Of a DNA stretch of 64,000 nucleotides, positions 21,638 through 32,280 are shown piece by piece. The notes below the pieces were generated by a model. It saw nothing but the letters and a program-made list of their open reading frames with translations. It was not told where the DNA came from and did not search any database. This DNA is from Ignavibacteriota bacterium. GTDB taxonomy: Bacteria > Bacteroidota > Ignavibacteria > UBA10030. The DNA is taken from assembly GCA_963778945.1 (NCBI GenBank), contig CAVZWL010000014.1, positions 152,387-216,386 on the forward strand, in the 5' to 3' direction. The stretch's first letter is position 1, and each line of letters opens with the position of its first letter. Made by a program: the position numbers and the translations under genes.

Positions 21638-21890
21638 CAGCCTTCGTGTTCTTCCAATGAGAATAGAGAAATCTTCCATAATCGGATTCGCTAAAAGTTT
21701 GTCCGATATTTCCCTGCTTATTTTTTCAGCTTCATCGCGGCTGCTCGTATCGATATCCATCTCTACACATTTGCCGATGCGCACATTGGAACCCCCGTAT
21801 ACCCGAGCGAGTGAATGCCAGCTCGACCGCTTTCCCTTGGGGATCGAGAATCGATTTACGCAGGATAATTGTTACTTTAGAATGATACAC
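21637..21890 (-). CDS. purS: Phosphoribosylformylglycinamidine synthase subunit PurS, about 2 frameshifts
   Basis: [25 protein letters not shown].. then ..[42 protein letters not shown]. An alternative frame ends LEEHEG-TGATGA, overlapping the purQ ATG. Confidence 0.7.
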
Positions 21891-21906
21891 GTTTTCCTCT
21901 TTTTTC

Positions 21907-22669
21907 TTAAATATCGATGCTTGAAAATCCATTTTCTTTTTCAATTTCCTTTTGCTGTCCTGCCGCGATCTTCTTCAGCCACTGGAAGAGAGCGCGCACT
22001 ATTCCAAAAAGTATATAGGCGCTCATAACGGGAAAGAAGAGACTTCCTTTTGAGAAGATAACGATTAAAGCCAGAAGGACAAAACCGACAATTTTCCACG
22101 GATGCGCCCGTATCTGTTTCTTTGTTAATTTCGGCAGGGTATCATATTTAATTCTGCTTACCATTAACAAAGACAAAACAATCACGATCGGCGCAAGAGC
22201 CGCAGCCGCCCATCCTGTAAGTCCTGTCTCGCTGTAATATTGGAGCATAAACGTACACAGTGCCATTGCTTGCGCCGGAATCGGCAGGCCTTTGAAATAA
22301 TCTTTATCGAATCCCACCAGTTGAACATTGAATCTTGCCAGACGAATTGCACCAAATACGAAAGGCAGGGACGCAATGAACAATGCCTACGTTATCGAAC
22401 GAATGCAGATAGGCCATGTATGCCATAAACGAGGGAGCTGCGCCGAAGGATACCACATCGGCCAGGGAGTCAAGTTCAACGCCGAACTGGCTCGATGATT
22501 TAGTGATTCTTGCCATTACTCCATCGAGCGAATCGAAAATTGCGGCTAGAATAATAAACCATGCAGCATGCCGGATGTGTCCTTCTTGGGCGCTGATGAT
22601 AGCAAGAAATCCGCAAAAAATATTCAGCGTCGTAAAAAGACTCGGAACGACAGCTCGTGTGATTCTCAT
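21907..22669 (-). CDS. pssA: CDP-diacylglycerol--serine O-phosphatidyltransferase, one frameshift near 22380-22400
   Basis: MRITRAVVPSLFTTLNIFCGF..FDSLDGVMARITKSSSQFGVELDSLADVVSFGAAP (CDP-alcohol phosphatidyltransferase motif), then continues in ORF 21907..22383. Confidence 0.8.
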
Positions 22670-23344
22670 CGGCTTTGCGCTCCTTTCTGCGCATTGAAAA
22701 ATTCCGCAAGAACAGTTTCTCCCGCCCGTGTCTTTTGCCCTACTTTCCACCCGGATGACTGCATTCTTCGGAACAAACACGTCGACGCGCGACCCGAATT
22801 TTATCATTCCGAAACGCTCACCCATCGTTACAGTGTCCTTTTTTTTCAAAGAACAAACGATTCTGCGTGCAATGAATCCCGCTATCTGTTTGAACAGTAC
22901 TTTCCCCTGAGCATTCTGCATACCAATAACCATCTGCTCGTTGCGTTCTGAAGCTTTGTCTGCATTCGCTGCGAAATATTCGCCTTGAACATAACGCAGA
23001 TATTCAACAATCCCGGAAATCGGATTGCGATTGACATGCACATTCAAAGGGGACATGAAAATGGAAATCTGCTGAACATCATCATTCATAAATTCCGCTT
23101 CGTACACCCTCTTCATGGCAATCACTTCCCCATCAGCGGGAGCGATAATAAAATTTTTATCTTTCGGCGTTGTTCTGTCCGGATCACGAAAAAAATTCAG
23201 CGTAAAACCGAAGAGAACGATAGAAAATATAATCAATGCACTGCGAATCGCTTTGGGCTCGATAAACACAAAGGAAATAACTGCAAGAATCAGACAGAAC
23301 GTTGTAATTGTAAAAAAAACATCGTAACCGTATCGTGTAATCAT
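22666..23344 (-). CDS. psd: Phosphatidylserine decarboxylase proenzyme (short type), one frameshift near 22750
   Basis: ..FFRDPDR..IIAPADGEV..FMSPLNVHVNRNPISG..GMIKFGSRVDVFVP (the GS of the LGST-like cleavage site). An alternative frame gives the C-terminus KVGQKTRAGETVLAEFFNAQKGAQSR-TGA, overlapping the pssA ATG (ATGA). Confidence 0.85.
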
Positions 23345-23350
23345 TTCATT

Positions 23351-24234
23351 TCAAACCTGACCCGCGGCATGATAGGAACTGCGCACTAATGGGCCCGACT
23401 CCACATGCCTGAATCCCATGGCCAAACCTTCTTCTTTAAGCATTTTAAATTCATCCGGATGTGCATATCGCACAATCGGCAAATGATCTTTCGACGGCTG
23501 CAAATACTGTCCGAGTGTAAATATATCGCATCCGATTATTTCGAACGTCGCGCATCGACTCAAGCACTTCTTCTGTCCGTTCACCGAGTCCCAGCATCAT
23601 TCCGGTCTTCGTAACAAATCCGCGTTTTTTTGCACGCTCCAGAACTTCAAGCGACTGTCTGTAATTTGCCTGCGGTCGAACGATTCGATACAGCCGAGGC
23701 ACTGTCTCAATATTATGATTCAAAATATCCGGTTTTGCTTCCAGCACGATATCCAGCGCTTCTTCGCTTCCTTTAAAATCAGGAATCAATACTTCGATCT
23801 TGCACTCCGGAACACGTTCATGGATGAGCCGTATTGTCTCTGCGAAAATCGGAGCGCCTCCGTCTTTTCGCTCATCCCGGTTGACAGACGTAATAACCGC
23901 ATGCCGCACTTTCATCATCTCGACAGCATCTGCAACACGCCGCGGTTCATCCCAATCCAAGCCCTCATCCGGCCTGCCTGTTTTCACGGCACAGAATCCG
24001 CATGACCGTGTACAAATATCGCCAAGAATCATGAAAGTTGCAGTACCCTGGCCCCAACATTCTCCAAGATTCGGACAATGTGCTTCTTCGCAAACCGTAT
24101 GCAGATTCGAAGTGCGCATGAAGTGCGTTAACATGGGCAAATTCGCCCCCTCCGGGAATACGCGCTTTCAGCCAATCAGGCCTTCGTTTGATTTGCTCTC
24201 CTTGAGCTGCCGATATTTTTTCAGGAGGATTCAA
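23351..24234 (-). CDS. lipA: Lipoyl synthase, 2 frameshifts (near 24125 and 23570)
   Basis: [17 protein letters not shown], then [33 protein letters not shown] (both Fe-S cluster motifs), then ..[31 protein letters not shown]. Confidence 0.9.
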
Positions 24235-25529
24235 TTCTTAATCTCGTTCTCCGTCATTTGTTCCAGATATTGACGAACGCGCGATGCAAATTGCCCGCCG
24301 GTCGCTCCATCTATAAACCGATGATCGAACGAAAGAGTCAGATAAAGCATGGAGCGAATCTCTATCGAATCATCGCCATCTTTTTCAACGGCTACAGGAC
24401 GCTTCTTCACCGCACCGATTCCCAGAATTGCCGCCTGCGGCTGATTGATCATCGGCGTGCCGATGATATTGCCGAAGACGCCGTAATTGGTCAAAGAAAA
24501 CGTCCCTCCGGAAATATCGTCCGGAAGCAGCCGTTTCGCGCGCGTCCTATATGTAAGATCGTAAATTGACTGCGCAAGTCCAAGAAAATTTTTTTCATCC
24601 GCACGTTTTATTACCGGCACAAGCAGGCCTGCAGGAGAAGCTACGGCAATCCCTAAATTGACGTAATTCTTAAAAACAATTTTATCTCCGATAAGGGAAC
24701 TGTTCAAAAGGGGAAAATCCTTCAACGCGCGGACAACAGCAAAAGCAAAAAAAGGAGTTAAGGTTAATTTAAACCCATGTTCCCTTTCAAATCCGCCCGA
24801 ATATTTCCGATAGAAGAAAATCATCGAAGATACATCCGCTTCATCGACAATGGTCACATGAGGAGATGTCGCAGCACTTCGCGACATATGTTCAGCCATT
24901 TTTAACTGAACGTGATCCAGGGGAACGATGCGGTGGAGGGGTTCAGGATATTTTGCCTGAACCTCCTCGATCTGCACATGCTGAGGTAAAAAACTCTTCT
25001 CTGCCCGCATCAAAGAATGAAGAAGCCGTTCCTTCTGTGAACAATAAGCTAAAATATCTTTCTTGCTGACGCGCCCGCCTATCCCCGTACCGCTTATGCC
25101 ATCCAATTCTTGATCCGTTATTTTTTCTTTCTCTGCAATTGTCCGGACAAGCGGTGAATAGAATCTTCCCGTCTTCTCCTTGCGGTGTAAAAGATAGTTT
25201 ACGCCCGATTTCTGATTCGAACCATTCTGGAATTGATTTTCGAAACCGGAGGAAACTCCAGGGACTTGAAGGACTGCAGCAGCTGACGCGGTCTCCGTTT
25301 CGATAACGGCAATCACCACGCCCACCGGTACAACGTCGTTTTCCTTTGCGCGTATTTCAACGAGCACGCCTGCAGCCGGAGAAGGTATTTCCGAGTCGAC
25401 CTTGTCCGTGCTGATCTCGAGCAATGTTTCTTCTTTTTCTATCCTCTCCCCTGCTTTTTTTGTCCAGCTGAGAATTTTCCCCTCCTGAATACTCTCACCC
25501 ATTTTTGGCATGACAATTTCAATACGCAT
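24231..25529 (-). CDS. Dihydrolipoamide acyltransferase (E2) of a 2-oxoacid dehydrogenase complex
   Basis: Intact 432-aa ORF. It has a lipoyl domain (..LLEISTDKVDSEIPSPAAG), a peripheral-subunit-binding domain (SPLVRTIAEKEKI..GTGIGGRVSKKDI) and a catalytic ..SFDHRFIDGA. Confidence 0.9.
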   Translation of the reverse strand: MRIEIVMPKMGESIQEGKILSWTKKAGERIEKEETLLEISTDKVDSEIPSPAAGVLVEIRAKENDVVPVGVVIAVIETETASAAAVLQVPGVSSGFENQFQNGSNQKSGVNYLLHRKEKTGRFYSPLVRTIAEKEKITDQELDGISGTGIGGRVSKKDILAYCSQKERLLHSLMRAEKSFLPQHVQIEEVQAKYPEPLHRIVPLDHVQLKMAEHMSRSAATSPHVTIVDEADVSSMIFFYRKYSGGFEREHGFKLTLTPFFAFAVVRALKDFPLLNSSLIGDKIVFKNYVNLGIAVASPAGLLVPVIKRADEKNFLGLAQSIYDLTYRTRAKRLLPDDISGGTFSLTNYGVFGNIIGTPMINQPQAAILGIGAVKKRPVAVEKDGDDSIEIRSMLYLTLSFDHRFIDGATGGQFASRVRQYLEQMTENEIKN

Positions 25530-25534
25530 ATCTT

Positions 25535-27583
25535 TTAATACCGGACAAGACGTTCAACTGCAGCGAGTATGTTTTGTTTATTGGGAAGCATTGCATCTTC
25601 CAGCGGCGGGCTGTAGGGAACCGGAATATCCAGGGCTGCAACACGGATAATAGGCGCATCCAGATGTTCGAAACAGTTCTGGGCTATCCTCGCTGCGATT
25701 TCCGCTCCAAAGCCTGCTGTCAGTGTATCTTCATGCACGAGAAGGACTCTATTCGTCTTCTTGACCGAATTATAAATTGCATTTTCATCGAGCGGATTAA
25801 GTGTTCGTAAATCGATCACTTCAACCGACACCCCCTTTGTTTCCATTGTTCGTGCGACCTCGAGAGACTGCTGAACAAGATAGCCGTACGTCACAATTGT
25901 TGCGTCGGTTCCGTCTTTTCGCAATGAGGCCTGGCCAAACGGCAGCAGGAAATCTTCCGGCGGCTCCGGCGCAGCAGCATATCCCTGGCGATATAACCCT
26001 TTATGCTCTAAAAAAAGGACAGGATCGTCGCCGCGTATTGCAGATTTCAGCAATCCTTTCGCATCTCCGGCATTTGAGGGATACACTATCCGGATTCCCG
26101 GAATATGCGTAAAGAAACTTTCGATGGACTGACTGTGATACATTCCACCATGAATATAGCCGCCCACCGGTACCCGAATCACCAGCGGGCAAGACCAAAC
26201 TCCATTTGACCGATATCGGATCGTTGCGAGTTCGTCACGTATCTGCATAAACGCCGGCCAGATATAATCGCCGAATTGAATTTCAACGACCGGTTTCCAT
26301 CCTTTGAAGGCCATGCCTATCGCAACACCTACGATACTCGCCTCTGCGAGCGGAGAATTAAAGACGCGCGTCGTCCCGTACTTCGTCGAGAGACCTTTTG
26401 TTGCGGTAAATACCCCTCCTTTTTTATCCGCAATATCCTCGCCAAAAATTACCATTTTTTGATTGCGGCCGAGTTCTTCATCCAGAGCATGGTTAATCGC
26501 ATCAACCATCACGACCGAAGATCCTTCCCTCACGGATACTGATTCTTTTTTTGGCGTCATTTCGTGCGCTATGCCGTATAAATGCAAGCCCACTGTCGAA
26601 GGATCGGGTAAACACTGTTCTTCAGCCCAATCCGATTCGGATTCAATCTCCTTTTTTATTTCAATTTTCAGGTCACTATCTTCCTGCTCATTCAAAATTC
26701 CTCTTTCGAGAAGCGAACTTAAAAAACGCGGAAGCGGATCGCGGAGTTTTTCCCGCTCCAACTCCTCCTCGCTTCTGTATTTTTTATGGTCGTCTGAAGA
26801 GGAATGAGGAAGCAGCCGGACAACATGTGCAAGAATAAGTGATGGTCCTTTGCCTGTTCTTGCGAGCTGCACGGCGGACTCCATGCTTGAGAAGGTCTGA
26901 TAGAAATCTGTTCCATCGCATTCTACGCGGTGTAGTCCCTCGAACCCGCGTGTTGCTTCAAATACCGAACCACCCGCCGTTTGCAGGGCAACAGGAACCG
27001 ATATGGCATATTTATTATCTTGAATGAAAAAAATGACGGGCAGCGATTCCCGGGCTGCCCAGTTTACGGCCTCAAAAAATTCCCCCTCGCTTGTCGCACC
27101 TTCTCCGGAGGAAACGTACACAACTTCATCCGTTTTTTCTTTTGTTATTGCGAGTGCAGTTCCGACAGCCTGTAAAAATTGAGTTCCGGTCGGACTGGAT
27201 TGTGTGACGATTCTTGCAGATTGTTTTCCCCAGTGGCAGGGCATTTGCCTTGATCCCGTCGCGGGATCGTCGGCACGATGAAGCGAGGCAAGCAGGAGTT
27301 CTCGAATCGTTATACCGTAAGCAAGAACGAACGATTGGTCCCGATAATAGGGAAACGCCCAATCGTATCCAGTCCTGAGCGCCAGAGCAGCAGCCACCTG
27401 AGCGGCTTCATGTCCCGATCCGCCGATTTGGAAAAAAGATTTTCCCTGTTTGAGCAACCGAAGCTGCTTCTCGTCCAGCAAACGGGATGTCAGCATGCAG
27501 CGATAGGCATGCTGCAATCTCTCATTCATCTTTTGAATATCCGGCTGCCGTTCGATATAAGTCAATTTATCCCGCATATTCAT
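25535..27583 (-). CDS. 2-oxoacid dehydrogenase E1 component, fused alpha+beta subunits (TPP-dependent, BCKDH-like)
   Basis: Intact 682-aa ORF. The N-terminal half carries ..GEGATSEGEFFEAVNWAA.. (the TPP-binding alpha region). The C-terminal half carries ..VFGEDIA.KGGVF..T.GL..RVFNSPLAEASIVG.. (a transketolase-like beta region). Confidence 0.9.
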   Translation of the reverse strand: MNMRDKLTYIERQPDIQKMNERLQHAYRCMLTSRLLDEKQLRLLKQGKSFFQIGGSGHEAAQVAAALALRTGYDWAFPYYRDQSFVLAYGITIRELLLASLHRADDPATGSRQMPCHWGKQSARIVTQSSPTGTQFLQAVGTALAITKEKTDEVVYVSSGEGATSEGEFFEAVNWAARESLPVIFFIQDNKYAISVPVALQTAGGSVFEATRGFEGLHRVECDGTDFYQTFSSMESAVQLARTGKGPSLILAHVVRLLPHSSSDDHKKYRSEEELEREKLRDPLPRFLSSLLERGILNEQEDSDLKIEIKKEIESESDWAEEQCLPDPSTVGLHLYGIAHEMTPKKESVSVREGSSVVMVDAINHALDEELGRNQKMVIFGEDIADKKGGVFTATKGLSTKYGTTRVFNSPLAEASIVGVAIGMAFKGWKPVVEIQFGDYIWPAFMQIRDELATIRYRSNGVWSCPLVIRVPVGGYIHGGMYHSQSIESFFTHIPGIRIVYPSNAGDAKGLLKSAIRGDDPVLFLEHKGLYRQGYAAAPEPPEDFLLPFGQASLRKDGTDATIVTYGYLVQQSLEVARTMETKGVSVEVIDLRTLNPLDENAIYNSVKKTNRVLLVHEDTLTAGFGAEIAARIAQNCFEHLDAPIIRVAALDIPVPYSPPLEDAMLPNKQNILAAVERLVRY

Positions 27584-28293
27584 TGCGGCATCTGCATTGA
27601 TGCCGGAACGGCGTTTATTATGTCCGACAATTCTATCGGTGAGATTTTTCTCAATGCATCGTATCCAAAGACCTTTTGAAATGCATTTTCAAGAACTTCT
27701 TCAACATCGTCCATCGGTATTTTTTTCTTGAGGATTTTTTCGAGAGATGTGACTCCTTTATGGAATATCCCGCATGGGATAATCCTTCCGAACCGCGCCA
27801 AATCCGTATTGACATTTAAAGCAAAGCCATGCATTGTAATCCAGCGGCTGACCTTGACGCCGATAGCGGCGATCTTTTCACCGTCGACCCATACGCCTGT
27901 AAGCCCTTCTTCACGCATTCCCACAATGCCGAAATCCCGGAGAGCAGCAATGATGGTTTCCTCAAGACTGCGCAGATAGAGATGAATATCAGGCATTCGT
28001 TTCTGTAGATCGATAATAGGGTATCCCACAATTTGACCCGGGCCGTGATAGGTAACATCTCCTCCCCGGTCGATATGAAAAACCTCTGCGCCGTCGATCT
28101 CAAGTTCTTCCTGCGAAGCAAGAAGGTGATTGTCGTCGCCGCTCTTGCCGAACGTGTAGACGTGATCATGTTCCGTCAGCAAAAGCAAATCTCCGATGGC
28201 CCCAGTCAGGCGCATTTGCCAGAGTGATTGCTGCAATTTCCAAGTCTCGCCGAATCTGGATCGTCCTCTATGTATAGACAACAAGGGAATCAA
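27580..28293 (-). CDS. lipB: Octanoyltransferase (lipoyl(octanoyl) transferase)
   Basis: ..LLLTEHDHVYTFG..IDRGGDVTYHGPGQIVGYPI..GVWV..EKIAAIGVKVSRWITMHGFALNV. Its stop overlaps the E1 start by 4 nt. Confidence 0.85.
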   Translation of the reverse strand: MIPLLSIHRGRSRFGETWKLQQSLWQMRLTGAIGDLLLLTEHDHVYTFGKSGDDNHLLASQEELEIDGAEVFHIDRGGDVTYHGPGQIVGYPIIDLQKRMPDIHLYLRSLEETIIAALRDFGIVGMREEGLTGVWVDGEKIAAIGVKVSRWITMHGFALNVNTDLARFGRIIPCGIFHKGVTSLEKILKKKIPMDDVEEVLENAFQKVFGYDALRKISPIELSDIINAVPASMQMPQ

Positions 28294-28326
28294 TAAATGC
28301 CTTACATTCAGTTGTTCGTCAAATTG

Positions 28327-29721
28327 TCAGATATGAATAGCAACGCCGTACGCCTCTCCTGCAGCCTCCATAATCGCTTCCGATAATGTCGGATGCGCGT
28401 GCATCGTTGCGTGCAGTTCATGCCATGTCGTCTCCAGCGCTTTCGCGGTAACGAGTTCCGCGATCATTTCTGTTGCTTCGGATCCAACAATATGTGCACC
28501 GAGCAATTCGCCGTATTTTTCGTCAAAAATTAATTTAACCGCTCCTTCGGATTCACCGAGCGCCATCGATTTTCCGAGCGGGCGGAATGGGAAACGTCCG
28601 ATTTTAATTTTGTAGCCTTTTGCCAGCGCAGCTTCTTCCGTCAACCCGACGCTTGCAACCTGAGGCTGACAATAGGTACAGCCGGGGATATTTGTTCGAT
28701 CTATACCGTGAACTGCTCTTCCGGCGATATGATCGGCAGCTACGATACCTTCATGCGAGGCCACATGAGCGAGCAGCGGAGGACCCGCGACATCGCCGAT
28801 AGCATAAAGCGCATCTACATTTGTTTTACAAAATTCGTTTGTTTGAATGAATCCTTTTTCCAGCTTGACGCCTGCATCTTCAAGTCCCAGGTTTTCAATG
28901 TTTCCCTGAACGCCGATCGCCATGAGAGCAACTTCGGCCTTCAATTCCCTTTTCCCTTTTACATCGGAAATAATAACCGTCACTTCATCCTGCGCGGCGA
29001 CCGACTCGACCTTCGTACCTGTTAATATTTCGATTCCCGACTTTTTTAAACTCGTTTCGACAATCCTGACATTTTCCTTGTCTTCTACGGGAAGTATATT
29101 CGGCATCATTTCTACGACGGTAACTTTCGTACCGAAGGTATTATAGAAATATGCAAACTCTATGCCGATAGCTCCTCCGCCGAGGATAAGCATTGTTTTC
29201 GGCTGTTCTGCCAAAGTCATTGCCTCGGTGCTGCTTATAATTTTTTTCCGATCGATGACAACACCGGGAATGGTTCGCGGTCTTCCACCCGTTGCAAGTA
29301 TAATATTCTTTGCCTTAATCGATTTTGCAGTTTCTCCGCCGTTTGATACTTCGAGGGAATAATTTCCTGTCAATTTGGCCGTTCCTTTGACAATGTCGAT
29401 TTTATTTTTTTTCATCAAATATTCGACGCCCTTGGATATCCGTTCCGAAATTCCGCGGCTCCGGGCTATAATCTTTGAAAAGTCAAAACCCAGACCTGTA
29501 TGGGTAATGCCGAATTCTGAGGAGCGTTTGAAGATCGAGTAGAGTTCGGCGCTGCGGAGCAGCGCTTTTGTCGGTATGCAGCCCCAGTTCAAGCACACAC
29601 CTCCTAGTTTATCCCGTTCTACGAGTACCACTGTAAGCCCATGCTGAGCCGCTCTGATAGCAGCTACATAACCGCCGGGCCCTCCTCCTATTATTGCGAC
29701 ATCATAATGTCGTTCAGTCAT
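28327..29721 (-). CDS. lpdA: Dihydrolipoyl dehydrogenase (E3)
   Basis: YDVAIIGGGPGGYVAA..GGVCLNWGCIPTK (redox disulfide) ..ILGGGAIGIEFA..YAIGDV..HAHPTLSE. The start is set at MTERHYDV. Confidence 0.9.
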   Translation of the reverse strand: MTERHYDVAIIGGGPGGYVAAIRAAQHGLTVVLVERDKLGGVCLNWGCIPTKALLRSAELYSIFKRSSEFGITHTGLGFDFSKIIARSRGISERISKGVEYLMKKNKIDIVKGTAKLTGNYSLEVSNGGETAKSIKAKNIILATGGRPRTIPGVVIDRKKIISSTEAMTLAEQPKTMLILGGGAIGIEFAYFYNTFGTKVTVVEMMPNILPVEDKENVRIVETSLKKSGIEILTGTKVESVAAQDEVTVIISDVKGKRELKAEVALMAIGVQGNIENLGLEDAGVKLEKGFIQTNEFCKTNVDALYAIGDVAGPPLLAHVASHEGIVAADHIAGRAVHGIDRTNIPGCTYCQPQVASVGLTEEAALAKGYKIKIGRFPFRPLGKSMALGESEGAVKLIFDEKYGELLGAHIVGSEATEMIAELVTAKALETTWHELHATMHAHPTLSEAIMEAAGEAYGVAIHI

Positions 29722-29954
29722 GCTCTTCCTTTCAAGTTTTCTTCCGGCAAAATATAACCAGAACTCAAACGAAATACAATGAAGGGGCAACTCTCATCTG
29801 CCTTCCCGTTTGTCTATTGAACACATAACGAGCCTTTGCAAGTTCCTTTTTCTTTCTTCCAGGCATCCAAGCAAAAAAATGCCAATCAAAGAAATATATA
29901 TTTTTTATTGATTATCTTTCACTTTTAAGGTAATATTAAATAAAAATTTTACGG

Positions 29955-30413
29955 ATGGTTGAGTCAAAAGCACGGGTTCTCATCAGCAATAGAAAAGCGC
30001 GGCACGAGTACTTCATTTTAGAAACACTTGAAGCGGGCATCGTTCTATGCGGAACGGAAGTAAAATCGATCCGGAAGGGAAACGCAAATCTTCAGGATAG
30101 CTTTGCTGTCCTGCGGAACGGAGAGGTGTGGGTCGAAGGGATGCACATTAGTCCGTATGAACAAGGAACGACAAACAGTCATATTCCCAAGCGCAAACGG
30201 AAGCTTTTACTGCAGAAAAAAGAAATCAGGAAATTGGCTGTTAAAGGAAACGATAAGGGTTTGACTCTGATTCCCTTGTCGGTTTATTTCAAGGGACCTT
30301 ATGCAAAAGTCGAACTCGGTGTAGCACGCGGTAAGAAAACATATGACAAGCGCCAGGCAATTGCCGAACGCGATGCAAAACGAAATTTAGACAGAATCCG
30401 AAGGAGAAGTTAG
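29955..30413 (+). CDS. smpB: SsrA-binding protein
   Basis: ..NRKARHEYFILETLEAGIVLCGTEVKSIR..ISPYEQG..RKRKLLLQKKEIRKL. Confidence 0.9.
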   Translation: MVESKARVLISNRKARHEYFILETLEAGIVLCGTEVKSIRKGNANLQDSFAVLRNGEVWVEGMHISPYEQGTTNSHIPKRKRKLLLQKKEIRKLAVKGNDKGLTLIPLSVYFKGPYAKVELGVARGKKTYDKRQAIAERDAKRNLDRIRRRS

Positions 30414-30419
30414 TAAAAA

Positions 30420-31637
30420 TTGTTTCCATCTATCAACGAACAAATGGACATCATTAAACGAGGCGCTTCGGAAATCATTCCGGAAGAGGATCTTGTACGT
30501 AAACTCGAACGATCCATCAAATTAGACAAACCGCTCAACATCAAACTCGGCTGCGATCCCAGCCGCCCTGATCTTCATCTCGGCCATTCCGTCGTTCTTC
30601 GTAAACTTCGGCAATTTCAAGATCTGGGACATCAGGCAATTCTCATTATCGGCGATTTTACCGGAATGATCGGAGACCCCTCGGGCAAAAGCAAAACGCG
30701 CCCTTCCCTGACGCTTGAAGAAACGCACCAGAACGGGGAAAGCTATTTTGACCAGGCTTCGATCATTCTTGATCCACAAAAAGCAAAGATGCTTTATAAT
30801 TCCGAGTGGCTCAACAAAATGAACTTTGCAGAAGTCATACGCCTTGCCAGTAAATATACGGTTGCGCGTATGCTCGAAAGAGATGACTTTACGCTGCGCT
30901 ATAAGTCGGGAGAAGCTATCAGTGTTCATGAGTTTCTTTATCCTCTCGCACAGGCAATGGATTCTGTCGCCATCAAAGCCGATGTCGAATTGGGCGGCAC
31001 GGATCAAAAATTCAATCTTCTTGTCGGGAGAGATATACAGCGGGAATTCGGACTTGAACCGCAGATTACGCTGACTATGCCGATTCTCATCGGCACAGAC
31101 GGCACGGAAAAAATGAGCAAATCGCTCGGAAATTATATAGGAATCAGCGACAGCCCTAAAGAAATATTTGGAAAAACGCTGAGTATTCCGGATGCACTCC
31201 TCTCGACATACTTTGAACTCGCGACTGATGTTCCAAAAGAGAAACTCGCCTCCATTAAGAAATCCCTTGCCGATTCTTCGATCAATCCGAGGGACATCAA
31301 ACGGGAGCTTGCACGTACGATTGTCCGCATGTATTATTCACAAGAAGCCGGAGAGCAGGCAGAGGAAGAATTCGACAGGATTTTTATTTCGAAAAACGTT
31401 CCGAGCGACATCGAGACCCTGAAATTAACTGCATCTCAAGCTGCTTCCAATGTCGGAACTTTGATATCGGAAGTTAAACTTGCCTCTTCGAAAAGTGAAG
31501 CGCGCCGGCTTATCGAACAGGGGGGCGTAAGTATCGACGGCGAGCGTATAACAGATTTTAACGCAGCGGTTCCTGTCAAAGAAGAGTTTATTATCAAAGT
31601 CGGCAAACGAAAATTTTTAAAGATTTTAAAACAATAA
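30420..31637 (+). CDS. tyrS: Tyrosyl-tRNA synthetase
   Basis: ..GCDPSRPDLHLGHSV (HIGH) ..GTDGTEKMSKSLGN (KMSKS), plus a C-terminal S4-like domain ..SKSEARRLIEQGGVSIDGERI. The ORF-track start is TTG at 30420, and an ATG at 30444 is an alternative. Confidence 0.9.
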   Translation: MFPSINEQMDIIKRGASEIIPEEDLVRKLERSIKLDKPLNIKLGCDPSRPDLHLGHSVVLRKLRQFQDLGHQAILIIGDFTGMIGDPSGKSKTRPSLTLEETHQNGESYFDQASIILDPQKAKMLYNSEWLNKMNFAEVIRLASKYTVARMLERDDFTLRYKSGEAISVHEFLYPLAQAMDSVAIKADVELGGTDQKFNLLVGRDIQREFGLEPQITLTMPILIGTDGTEKMSKSLGNYIGISDSPKEIFGKTLSIPDALLSTYFELATDVPKEKLASIKKSLADSSINPRDIKRELARTIVRMYYSQEAGEQAEEEFDRIFISKNVPSDIETLKLTASQAASNVGTLISEVKLASSKSEARRLIEQGGVSIDGERITDFNAAVPVKEEFIIKVGKRKFLKILKQ

Positions 31638-31670
31638 ACATCTATTCAATTAAAATTCGGAGATGAAAAA

Positions 31671-32216
31671 TTGTTCACCCCCACAAAAATGTTTTTTACG
31701 AAGGGCGTAGGACGTCATAAAGATTATTTACAATCATTTGAACTTTCATTGCGTGATGCCGGTATTGAAAAATGCAACATCGTTACGGTGTCCAGCATTT
31801 ATCCCCCCGGATGCAAGCGAATTCCGAAAGACGACGGCGTCAAGCTTCTCAGTTCGGGACAAATTACATTTACAGTTATGGCGCGCAATGCAACAAATGA
31901 ACCGAACCGCCTGATTGCTTCCTCCATCGGCGTTGCGCAGCCCGCAGACGATTCAGTTTACGGCTATCTTTCCGAACACCATCCATTCGGAGAAACCGAT
32001 GAACGCGCCGGTGAGTATGCGGAAGATCTTGCGGCAACGATGCTGGCTACGACACTTGGCGTTCAATTTGACCCCAACACGGCATGGGATGAACGCGAGA
32101 AGATCTTTAAAATGTCAGGCAAAATTATACGAACTTTTAATATCACACAATCTGCTGAAGGAGATAAAAACGGCTTATGGACGACAGTCGTTGCCTGTGC
32201 CGTACTTCTACCTTAA
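31671..32216 (+). CDS. pdaD: Pyruvoyl-dependent arginine decarboxylase (PdaD family)
   Basis: ..[41 protein letters not shown].. (the VSS self-cleavage region typical of PvlArgDC). About 180 aa. Confidence 0.75.
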   Translation: MFTPTKMFFTKGVGRHKDYLQSFELSLRDAGIEKCNIVTVSSIYPPGCKRIPKDDGVKLLSSGQITFTVMARNATNEPNRLIASSIGVAQPADDSVYGYLSEHHPFGETDERAGEYAEDLAATMLATTLGVQFDPNTAWDEREKIFKMSGKIIRTFNITQSAEGDKNGLWTTVVACAVLLP

Positions 32217-32280
32217 ATTTATAGCTGATTTGTACAAGGGCGTTTTAATTATCTCATCGGTTTAAGAGAAGGTATCCGAA

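Noticed and set aside
21311-21784. Apparent PurS-PurQ read-through fusion
   Set aside because: An adjacent frame ends PurS as ..SIL-LEEHEG followed by TGATGA overlapping the purQ ATG. The in-frame junction is best explained by an indel near 21650-21665.
22304-23344. Apparent 346-aa Psd-PssA fusion protein
   Set aside because: The fusion is an artefact of one indel near 22750. In the adjacent frame, psd ends normally (..KVGQKTRAGETVLAEFFNAQKGAQSR-TGA) with an ATGA overlap onto the pssA start at 22669.
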